A stretch of 64,000 nucleotides of DNA, from assembly GCF_902652985.1 (NCBI RefSeq), contig NC_047025.1:16864001-16928000 (forward strand). The letters are read 5' to 3'. Of this stretch, positions 1-12,300 are shown one piece after another. This stretch comes from Pecten maximus (taxonomy: Eukaryota). The first letter of the stretch is position 1. Every line of letters starts with the position of its first letter. The position numbers and the translations under genes were made by a program. The notes below the pieces were generated by a model, which ran no database searches, had not been told where the DNA came from, and was given only the letters and a program-made list of their open reading frames with translations.

Positions 1-886
1 TTAGTATTGTGTCAATGGGGAAATGCCGAGCAAATGTAAATATATGATCATAACCCCTGAAGTATTGAGGACAGTCTGATCAGGGAATGTTCAACCCCTA
101 CCCCAAGTGTTTTGTGTTTCTTAGGAAGCTGAGATATTATGGGCCATCCTGTGCTGTTACAGTTGTGTCTTTGGGAAAGACAAATTACCCTGTAATTGCT
201 CTAGACAACATACAAAAGGACTCTCAATTTTTTCTCTGTGAGGTAGCCACTAGCTACTACAACAGGGTAATATGCACAGCAAACAAATGTGATATATTCT
301 TTTACCTTGTGCTATATTGTGGATAACTTTTAAAGTGTGTTAATGTTTGTTTAATCTTGCAGAATTGGTACTGATGCAGAAATTACATGACTGGTACAAC
401 ATAAAATATAGTTTATTTACAGACTTTTTACTCATATTTCTGTGTAAAAGGAAAGGGAAAATTGCAATGACCAGACAGAGACTCAAAACCCACGACCAAT
501 TAACTTAAGATTAACACTCTAACCATTGGAGTTACATACATTAGAGTTACGATACCCATGGTAAATGGGGTAGGGAATACACCCGTTCAGAAATGAGGGA
601 AAGCCATCTCTGCTGAGATTACTACTTATTACTGTATCTATGTCATGCTTGCATGTTGGTAAAACTCTTTTATGAAAATCTTTAAGGAAATCCTGGCCAG
701 CAATTAATACAGAGAGAAAACATATATTTAGGGTCAAAATATGAAAATTCACTACCACAAAAAAATTACCCAATAACCCAATAATCTTATATGGTGATCA
801 TGCAGCTCCGAGATCATATGATAGCAATTATACCTCACTTCAAATGATCACAGACATTTCTAAGGAAGACAAGTAATGACTGACAG

Positions 887-914
887 CAGAGACATACATG
901 TATATATGTCTCTG
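887..914. mobile_element. 28-bp head-to-head TIR remnant (putative excision footprint)
   Basis: CAGAGACATACATGTATATATGTCTCTG flanked by the 7-bp direct repeat CTGACAG (880-886, 915-921). Confidence 0.65.
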
Positions 915-2199
915 CTGACAGATACTGTACAACTGTCACCTGATGAAATTGAAGTATTTAAAAATATAACATCAGGGTCAACATTTCCAATAAAAAGTTT
1001 TACAAACAATATTTAAATGATATAGGTTAGGTAAAGCATTAAGCACCAAATTATACAAATTCACACAACTAATTAAGGCGGTATCCTTGGATATATAAAG
1101 TCTGGAATGAGCAAGTTTGGTGTGACTGCTCCCTCATTTGACAGAGTATTTATCATCAAGTATTATAATCAATTATAAACAGTTAAATCTCTTGCTTACA
1201 ATCTACTGTATGCTTAATGAGTTTGAACACAAATATAAAACCACACTTGTCTCCCAATAACATTATATATCTTTTTATAATAACATGCAAAGTAATAATA
1301 ATTTTACTACATGTATTTCATTGATACATGATTACCTCTGTCAGTACATTGTCAGATACCCAAGGTGGGTCACATTACACTAGCTATATAGGCTACACTT
1401 GTGATAAGTGTAGGGTATGGTTGTCCACACTGACTGTGTGTATCTGACAATGCATCAGTAAAAATACTCTTATCTTCATCAAGGAATAAGCCCATGCTTG
1501 CTATCATGCCCCCTTCCCCCTATCAACCAACCAACTAACTCAAAAGTAAGCTAGAAGTTGGTTCGCCTAGTGAATGATAATTACAGTAAATGTGTATTAC
1601 AATGTGTAAAATATTTCAGTTTCCAGTAAATGCATAAAAATGCCCAACTTCACTAATCATTAACTGACAAGCATTTTAATAGATTAAAACAATCTGGATA
1701 TTCTGGAATTTCTGATGATTCTTTTGTTTTATTTGTTAGTTTAGTCTATATAACTTCTACACAATATTTCCTTGATAACCATCTGACATTTATATGTGGC
1801 CCAGTATTGACTAGTTATCTGACAGGAACACATCATCAATTATTACAATATAACACACAATATATAAAATACATATCACATGAAATATGCTGAAATGATT
1901 AACAACAGTGATATATATTCTCATTGGCTATAAGCACGGTCATGTGGAAGTAAATATTTTGAGATATTGACTGATATTTTTATTTTTAGAAACATCAAGT
2001 CAACATTGCATTTATGACGTTATAATTATTGTGATGTCACGATGGTTGATGGATGTCAAAATGTAAATTCAAGATAAATATTTAATGTAATTCCACCTCT
2101 TGCAAACAAGGTTCATATCTGCCGGTAATATAGAAATTAAGGACTTTTGATATGGTTAATATGGTGGTACACTGACATGGTAGAATCTAAAATATTAAC

Positions 2200-2500
2200 C
2201 AAGGGCAACACCATATTGACCTCACCAAATGTCCATAAAGTCTATGACTATTTCTTATATCAAACCCAATACTCTGCCTGTCTTATATGTACGAATATAC
2301 AGACCGTGTCACACAGGGGCATGGCCAGATTCTCAAACCGAATACTCTGCCAGTATTATATGTACAAATATACAGACCATGTCACACAGGGGCATGGCCA
2401 GATTCTCAAACCCAATACTACAGACCGTGTCACACAGCTAGGGAATGTCCAGATTCTCAAACCCAATGCTCTGCCAGTATTATATGTACACATCTACAAA
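2200..2500. repeat. Tandem repeat of about 73 bp, 3-4 diverged copies
   Basis: Repeated TACAGACCGTGTCACACAGGGGCATGGCCAGATTCTCAAACC. Confidence 0.8.
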
Positions 2501-2841
2501 TTTTGAGACAAAGATCCTCAACTCTCACTGTACAAGCTTCAAATTCAGGGTCTATATGCCACACCCCTTCTATATGGAGACTATGTTTTGTTTGACCAGA
2601 TAAGATGATGTAAAGACATGTATATATCAAATGACTTAGAGTGAGGAAAGACTCCAAAAAGTTAAAATTCAAAAACTGAAAGCAATGAAAAAAGCATAAT
2701 ATGATACAAATATTACAAGAGATGCTAGAGAGATCTTGATCACCATTCTCCATTTATATCTTATCATCCTACAGACATTTTATTGTTTCTGATGTCTGTC
2801 TTCCATATTTTTCATCTTAACTTCCTGTCAGTATCAAATTA

Positions 2842-3600
2842 AATAAGAGGCCCAAGGGCCTTAAAGGTCATCTGACTCCAAATTAGAGACCCTTATATTA
2901 TTGTAGTATGTATTCTCTGTAGCAAGTATATAGTGGCGATGTTGGCCATGGTGGCCATCTTAGAGTTCAGACCGACCCAATAAATAACAACACTTGGTCG
3001 GGATCATATCAGAATCATTTCAGGCAAGTTTCAGCTCAATGGCACCAGTGGAACTTGAGAAGTTTAAAATGTGTTTTTCAAGATGGCCACTATGGTGGCC
3101 ATCTTGGATTTCGGACCGACCCAAAAAATAACAACACTTGGTCGGGATCGTATCAGGATCATTTCTGGCAAGTTTCAGCTCAATGGCACCAGTGGAACTT
3201 GAGAAGAAGTTTAAAATGTGTTTTTCAAGATGGCGGCTATGGCGTCATCTTGGATTTCGGACCGACCCGAAAAATAACAACACTTGGTCGGGATCATTTC
3301 AGGATCATTTCTGGCAAGTTTCAGCTTAATAGCACTGTTGGAACTTGAGAAGAAGTTTTGAAAGTGTTTTTCAAGATGGCAGCTATGCCGCCATCTTGGA
3401 TTTCGGACCGACCCGAAAAATAACAACACTTGGTCAGGACCATCTCAGAATCGTTTCTGGCAAGTTTCAGCTCAATCCCACTGTTGAAACTTGAGAAGAT
3501 TGCAATGTGAAAAGTTTACGGACGGCGCACGGCGGACGGCGCATGGCGCACGACGACGGACGAAGCACGATGGCTATAGGTCATCCTGACCCTTCGGGTC
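2842..3600 (+). mobile_element. Helentron-associated / pearl-like non-autonomous element with internal tandem repeats
   Basis: About 4 tandem cores of about 146 bp (GCCATCTTGGATTTCGGACCGACCC at about 2953, 3097, 3243, 3389). A GGACGG/GACG microsatellite lies at about 3520-3562 and a terminal palindrome GACCCTTCGGGTC at the 3' end. Confidence 0.75.
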
Positions 3601-4721
3601 AATCAAAGTCAAAGATGGCAGCCATCTTTTTTCCTATCAGTCTCCATTTCAAATATGCATCATGCACCAAGCTATCATACAATTCAAATTTCAGTAGGAT
3701 CCATCCCGTATGTCCCGTAAAGAGATAACACTGTTTAGCTCTAAGAATCTAAGATGACACCTACAGTGATGTAACAGTTTTGTCAATTTTCAAAACATGC
3801 AATCAAAGTGGCAAGGGGAGCCACACAGAAATTTAAGAAATATCTTTCCATTAGTTTTGAAAAATTGCGAAATAACAAAAAGAACAGGTGAACATGACCA
3901 TACTAGAACTGATGAAAAAAAACATGAATGACTTTTGAATTTTACAAGAATAATTTGAGCAAGGAACTAGAAAAACTAATTCCATGATAGATAGACACAG
4001 TGTTTGTAAATACATATAGACGAATACATGGCAAAAAAAGGAGAAGCAAAAATAAGTTTGATAAGCAATGTGGTAAATGAAATAAATGGCAACAAAATTA
4101 TAATGAAGGCCTTTTATATTGTAATGACAAACATTGGTAACAAACATTGGTGACAATAAAATATCTGTTTTGTCTTTATACCAGTCAGAAACACCAATAG
4201 GACAATACTCAGTACCTGTCTCCAAGGAACAAATTACGATTTGTGTAGCATGGATTTCCAAAAGGTCTACATTATATATATATAATTATCTTAATTTTAG
4301 CACCTAATACACATTGTAAACAGAAGCATAACATTCATTGAATGTGCGAATTCTTCAAAGAACATTAATTCCATAACATAAGTATGAAATATGCAATGCA
4401 TCAATTTTGGCACAAAAATTAAAGTATGCATACATGCTATAATTACCTACCGGTAACTATAAGCCCATACCTGGTAATAAGCACATCCATTTACATTGCA
4501 GTTCAGTGAATATTCTAATAATAAGTTTTATTTCTTATTTTACTGCCATAAAACCACTCAATGTTTAGTCAAAGTTTATGTGTAGCTTATGGGCTTACCA
4601 CCAGAGAAATACAGTAATACAATGTACATCATCGTACCTCATGATTTATTAACACTGGAATTTCAATGATCTACAATTAAATATGTTTCTGTACATTACA
4701 TTCCTGAACATCACAGTGAAA

Positions 4722-5039
4722 GAATACACATGTCCAGTATATTATACCCAAATAATACACAGGTGTCCAGTATATTATACCCAAATAATACACATGTCCA
4801 GTATATTATACCCAAATAATACACAGGTGTCCAGTATATTATACCCAAATAATACACAGGTATCCAGTATAATATACCCAAATAATACACAGGTGTCCAG
4901 TATATTATACTGGAAGAATACACAGGTGTCCAGTATGATATACCCAAATAATACACAGGTGTCCAATAGATTATACCCAAATAATACACAGGTGTCCAGT
5001 ATATTATACCCAAATAATACACAGGTGTCCAGTATATTA
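4722..5039. repeat. 33-bp minisatellite, about 10 copies (resumes after the MITE at 5729-5750)
   Basis: Unit ATACACAGGTGTCCAGTATATTATACCCAAATA. Confidence 0.92.
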
Positions 5040-5728
5040 CCGTACTTTGGGATATTTTGGATGTGGTTATATTTTGGTTTATTTGGTGCCTGGGGTGAAT
5101 GAGCCAAAATTAAACACACCAAAATCTCACGAAAAAATTCGTCAGAACAATATCCGGATTATAGCAACCGTCTTTCCGTTCAATTACTACATACTCATTA
5201 CTAGCTTCTGCGATCTGTGTTAATGTGTGATGGAAATTGTTTTTTGATAAAAACGCGTCAATTAAGGTATGTTTCATCTAAATGTGTCATAAATTTCATT
5301 CACGATGTTTTCATACTGATTGTTGTATTAGCTGTACTCAAGGAAAAGTCCGGTCTCGATCGATCGATTTACTTGTGTAACTTACAAAGCAAGGACTGTT
5401 TTTCTGTGCAACCAGGTGAGACGAAATACAAAAGGCTTATACTGATGGGATGTTCTCAGAAAATACCAATTAAAACAAAGGCTATATCTCAGGTAGGTGA
5501 TCGAATCCTGTCACTTAGCCACAGAGCTTTTAATCCTTTTGTACGTGTCCATGCGACATGGCTTCTAAATATGTAGACTTTCGTAGCGTAATGAAAAAAC
5601 AAATCAATTACATAACTACAGGTAAGTGCCAAAAATTAGCACACATGATGGTTAATGCCAAAATTTGACGCACCAATATTTAACCACCCTATTTTGAGCA
5701 AAAAACGCCAAAATATCCCAAAGTACGG
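5040..5728. mobile_element. MITE with TA TSD (Tc1/mariner-pogo type)
   Basis: TIRs CCGTACTTTGGGATATTTTGG / CCAAAATATCCCAAAGTACGG with TA on both sides. It sits in a 33-bp minisatellite whose uninterrupted unit is visible at about 4900. Confidence 0.88.
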
Positions 5729-6355
5729 TATACTGGAAGAATACACAGGTTTATACTTGTCCAAATCAATATAATATACCTAGTTTGTAAATTATGTCAT
5801 ATTTTAAAAGAAATTACAAGCACCAAGTGTAGTGGACGATCATAAACTCTATAATAAAATTTACACAAAATCTGTTAATCCAAGAACCTATGTATAACAC
5901 TTCTAAGTTGTGTTCTTTCAACAATCTCAAATGAAGATTTGATTCCTTTTGACATTTTTTTTAAAAGCACAGTCTACATGTATAGAAACTGATATGAAAT
6001 TGATTTCTTTTTAAGTAATGCAAAAATGGAGAAACCTAACGGTAATTGGTATTAAGGTTTAAAGGGGAGCACATTTACACAGATATAAGATAATTTACAC
6101 ACTATAGCAGGCTGGAAATTAAATGCAATAACAATTTATCACTCTTAGTAGTTTAAGCATTATGTAAACATTCACAAGCGAAAGCTATATGTGTATTGTT
6201 GAATCAAACAGTTCAGTAAAAAAAAAAATCCTGAGCATTATGAAAACTAAAATCCTGATAGTCTATAAAAACATCACCCATAACTTCAATCTCTCTTGAG
6301 TATATATTCAATGTAGAACTAATGTAACTAATGTAAAACTATTATGCAGAAATAC

Positions 6356-9300
6356 TCAGAAGACACGGAGCATTACATACTCCTTTAAGATGGGAGGTAG
6401 AGGTAGACGTGTGATGGAACCACTTATACTACGTCCTAAACAAAGCTCCTTCAGATGTTTTCGTAATTTGAAACGGCACAACGCCTTCAAGTCTGGAACA
6501 CCCTTAGGGACCTGTGGTCTGAGGTCAATGATATCTTGCCAGAGAACTTTTAAATCTGACCTTCTAACGTCTCTGGATGACAAGGGGAGACAATCATACA
6601 ACAATGTTAACAGTAAGTCGTTGTCTCGACTGTTAAGCAACCGACACCACAATTCCTTATTTTCAGAATGAGGCTGTTCAGTAATGCATCCATGTTGTAC
6701 CAGAACTTGACATATATTGAAGTAATGCTGCTCTGCTGCAAGCTCCAGAGGATCCTGGAAAGTTACTTTACATAGAAGGTTTCCTGTAGAGTATAAAAAC
6801 TTGACATGCCTAGCATTCATGAAAGCACCATGCTTTAGGAGGAATTCAACAAGCTGTACATTTCCATGTATAATGGCCATGTGTAAAACAGTTTCACCTG
6901 ACCGACTGGCTGCATTAATGTCACTTCCAAAGTTAATCAACTGCTGATGAATTTCTATTTTGTTTGTAAAAAATCCAGGAGTTGTACGTTCTTTCACCTC
7001 AAGAGCACTGGGATCAGCTCCCCACTTCAGCAGAATCTGTAACAAAACAAGTAACTTGTATACCTGTTAAATATATTACCAATGTTCCAGGTCATACTCT
7101 CATGGTCTGCTTCTCTCAGCATTAGATCTACTCTTTAATTAATAGGACATTAAATTACTCTGACTGTTGATAATTTTACATAAGGAATTAGTTTGATACA
7201 CTGATTATAATTTACTCTGACTGTTGATCATTTTATATTAGGAATTAGTATGATACACTGATTATGCATTATGTTCATATCACTGACATTAACTGAAGGT
7301 CAAAGGATCTTTAATTTTTTTTTTTTTTTGGCATTAAAACCAGTTTGAATCTCAATACCAATACTGCACATTTTACATGATTATGCCCAGAGTTGTGTAT
7401 TAAAGTAGGTATTAAGATAAGATTCACATCTTGTTGTGATTATATTCATAAACAGTAAACATGGTATACCAGCTGGGAGACAGTTCGCAAACAAGACAAA
7501 GGGCCATTAACTGGCTCACCTGTTTCCCCAATTGGGCCCCTCCATCGAAAACTATCCAGTGGTATACGACAACTCCAAATACCGTATGGAGAATCACAGA
7601 AATATTTCAGACAAAATTTAACATTTTAAAATTAATAGGTACCTTTACAATTTCCAAGTTTTCTTTAGAACAGGCATCATGTAAAAGAGAGTATCCAGAC
7701 TCTGGGATGAAACTGTTGATGTCACACCCAGACTCAAGAAGGAAAGTCACCATAGCAACGTAGTTATTGGAGACAGCATAACTAATGGCCGACTTCCTGT
7801 TGGTCAAAAGGAACATAAAAAATACAGTTAAGATGTTTGCGCAAAGATTTTTTTTTAAGTTTATGTACATCAAAATGTCACATTGTTAACAAAACTTTTA
7901 TCAACACTCCTACAAACAGAACAGAGATTTGTATCGTGGTCATCTGTTGACATTTAATTATTATATTCTTAACAGCCCATGAACACAGAAAATGCATTTA
8001 GGGCCAATTATTAGTAAATGAAAATGTTGTAAAAGACGAATATCAACACATTCTGACATACCCTATCTTAAACAAGCATACTGATATAAAAAATATCAAC
8101 ACATTCTGACATACCCTTATATGCTTATATATCTTAAACAAGCATACCGGGTATTGTTGTTGCAATACATGTCCCTACTGGCCTCCACTGAAAATAGTAA
8201 GTGAACTTGACCTTGACCCAAAATCACTAAAACTCTATTTGTCAGAGATATTATGGTTCTTTATCATTGTATGAAATTTGATGTATATCAGGGCATTTTT
8301 TGTGGCCGATTTGGGGCCGAATTTCGGCCCCATTCCCCACGGCAAAATTGGATATTTTTCCCAATCCGACAAGTTAAAATTCCCAATCGAATGATCTATA
8401 AAAAAATTATGTCTTTAAAAATCCAGATGGTGCCGTCCCGTCTTCGTTTTATTGGTTATTCTGGCCTGAGAAAGGGAGATAATGCTCTAGAGTCTAAATA
8501 AGCCTAGCATAGATCAATATTTGTGTCTACTAGCTTGTTATTTTTACCATTATGTCCATTTTTCCCAATTTACCTGTTGCCGGGCATTTTTTCCAAATCC
8601 CAAAGCCATAGGCCTCATTCCCAAAGTAGTGAAAAAAAGCCCTGTATATGTACATGTATATCACAGAAACTGACACCAATCTTATACTTACCCATAATCA
8701 TCGACTCGATCTTTTTGGCAGTTATGACTTAGAAGGAGCTTAACAATGTCGACAGAGTTTTGAATGACAGCCTGACTGATTGGAGACAGCCTCAGATAAA
8801 ATGGAGGAATTTTGGCTTGTTGGTCGACATCAGAACCATTGTTGATTAGCAGTTTGCAGATGTCAAGATTTTTCTGTAATATAAAAAATAACTGATAATG
8901 TTGTACCAAAGTAAGCTAGCTAGTTTAAGGGCTTGAGAATTTTGGCTAAGGGAAAATTAATGTTGCTTATAAAAACATGTACAAAGTATTTGAAATATTT
9001 TGAACTTTGTGAAATCAATCTGAAAAATCATGAGGTAAATATAATCAAGTTTTCAAAATCCACCAAAATCATGTTTTATATCGAAAATATAACATGGAAC
9101 CAAATCTCTTCAGTTTGTGTCATACACCTGCTTTGTTGAGCCAACAAGACAAAACAAATAACTGAAGGTGCATGTATGCCATGGCCATTCTATCTTATAT
9201 GGGTATTGAGAAGAAGATTTTTGAAATTTCAGTCAATTTGACCCTTTTTAGCCCCACCCATCAGCCCCTGGGGTTCAGTCAGGGCCAACATGTGCATACC

Positions 9301-12300
9301 ATCAAACTGTTATCCCATGCTGATAATGTTAACCAGGTTAGAATGAGTTCCAATACAAATCCAACAAATAATAGTCAAAAATGTGATTTCCCTATATAAA
9401 TTATAGTAAAGTTTACCCCCTCCCCAGGAGCAAACGTGAGACCCCAGGGTCATGAAATTCACAATTTTGGTAAAGCATCATAAGACCCTTCCATCTATGA
9501 AGAATGTTTGATTCCACCATATCTGAGAGTAGAAAAGAAGATTTTTGAAGTTTTAGTCAATTTGACCCTTTTTGGCCCCACCCCTCAGGCCCCTGGGGGG
9601 TGGGGACCATATAATTCACAAGTTTGGTTGACCTTCAGCCATAGAAGCTTTCTGCTAAATTTCATTGAATTTGGCTAAGCGGTTTTGGAGAAAAGGTCGA
9701 AAAGGTAAATTGTTTACGGACGGACGACGGACGACGACGGACAAAAGGCGTTTAGAATAGCTCACTTGAGACTTCGTCTCAGAGTCAGGTGACCTAAAAA
9801 TATTGTCACAATAATGTCGCGCATACAGTATATATCTAATTGACTGTTGTGAAGATGTGATCAGTATATAGTTCAGCAATGAGAATGCATTAGTCATGCA
9901 TAACAGCATGAAACCTGACGTCATAACGCTGGAGTGATAAAGCCAATCTGATACACAAAAGTTGAACCAAAGGATGTGCAGTACTAACAGTAAATAAAAG
10001 CTCTAAATTTCCCAATTATACATCAGACCTCTCATAATGCTATATAATACATAATCCTCTATAACTATTAAGCGATATGTATAGTCAAAGCACAGACAGT
10101 AGATGTGATATCATACATTCCATCTCATCTCTTAGACAAAGAGATAATCACATATATGATAATATATACTCGTATCAAACATGGATGTGGCACAGTGGTG
10201 TATATACTGTCACTGTATAAGCTGTAGGTATTTCTTGCCAGGCGGTTAGGTGCTGTAGATCTCAAGTTGAGGCCCGGTCAGGGTGCTTCATCAATTGTGT
10301 AACTATGTTATATATCTCATTGTTAACACAATGCATCATACATGTATGAACTCATTCTTATTGTGTTGTTGATCCAAAATTTAAAGATTTCAGTTTCCTG
10401 TCAAAATTGCACTGTTTTGAATATGCTAATAATATATATAATAAGTTATATATAGAGGTTACACAACGAGTGGTTGTTGGATATGGAATTTATTTCACAC
10501 AAGTAAGTTATCTTTTTTAAGTTACAAACGACACGAGTCGTGTGACCTGTTTCTACCACAATGATATCGGCTTGAATCAAAGGGAAACATAGCCAAGTCG
10601 TATTTCGCATATGCAAATAAGGTGTTCCGGTGATGGCTGGGACTCGGTGATGTGACGTCATATGATTATTGATGACATCAATAACAATTGCAACTCGGGT
10701 CAAAGTTCGAATTCTTGACCAATCAAAAGACCAGAAGGTCATATTCCACAAGTGGAATATAACATACTGTATAGCGGTAAATTTTAGCGGTCATAAAATT
10801 TGGCGATTTGGTCATGAAAACTGAAAGTTAAATTTTGGCGAGTTAAAATTTAGCGATTTCCCTTAACTCTAGGGTTTTAATTTGACGTTGAGCATATATA
10901 TTACCTACTGATATATAGAGATAGAATCTAATTATGTTATGTCCATACATTCAATTCATGTTGATTAAGTGTGTTGTGTATTATCGATCCTCTGTCTCGA
11001 AACCGGAAACTATTACCAAAAAATTTCAGACGAAAACATACATGAGTATGTGTACAAGCAACAGACAAAGAGAATTTAATCAACCGTAAGATATTGCCAT
11101 GGTCATCTATTGTATGATGTGTATATGTATACAGGTAAGTTAAACAATGAGACTACAGGTAAAGTGTTAACATCAGTTCATTGAATGGTATGGGTAGATG
11201 GCTTTGTTTTCACAAAAAATAATTATGATGCGATATATGTCATACTTGTATTGCTATACATATATCGTGAGTAGTTGTTCAGTAACTATTCGTATTACAT
11301 GTACCTATCGGCATTTTGGCTGACAATTGCCAGGCAACAACCAACGTTACGCACAAGTCGTTGCTCTCTTGAGTTATCAAAGGTAAATGGCGGTCGGAAA
11401 GGAAACTATTTGGGAAATTGAAATTTTCGCGTCTTTTTATTTGGCGGTGTTAAAATTTGACGGGTTAAATTTTGGCGATCTTTATACGGACCCGCCAAAT
11501 TGCCAAATTAAAGCCCCGCTAAAATTTCCCGCTATACGGTATGTATATCCAACAGTTGGCACATTTATACAATGGCTTGAGAGTGGAATAACACTGCGTA
11601 TTGTGGTAGAAATGTATATAGACCACCTATGTCTGAGTGATAGGTGAATATTCCTCGTGGACATGTAATTAGAGTCTGTAGTTTCCTGTAACACTACTAT
11701 CCCCATCCTTGATACATATGTAGCCCCTGGTGATAACAAATGAAACAACACCAAGCTTTCTTCAGATTGATTGACTCTTAATTTACAATAAGACCTACAA
11801 CACATAAAACATAAAAAATAGTGCATTGACTGGAACATACAGTGTATTTACACGACAATGTCTGTACATTAATGTGTACTGTCCAATGGCATAACGATGA
11901 ATGAACTGGGAGTGGAGGACGAGAATGATCTGTGCAAGGAATAGGATGTCTGTTGACACTGGATCGCATGGAATCAAACCTCTCACATGCAATGACACTT
12001 TTAACACAAGTCCTTGCACGCATGTTACACACATGTGGTTTACACAAATGTGTACCAAGTGCCCAAGGGCTACATACTCCCTCTCCCTGATGAAATGACT
12101 CCTGTCATTACATAAACACCTGCTTAACGCATATTACATTGGTAACAGGTAAAAAGTTAATCGCACTAGTTTGGATAATCCATACCAACTCCAACTATCG
12201 ATCAAAGCAGAGATATCGATGAAAATGGAATTCAAAATTCCACTTTATGTCACCTGCACAGAAAGTTGAGTGACAGTCACAAGAGTTATCACAAGAAAAC

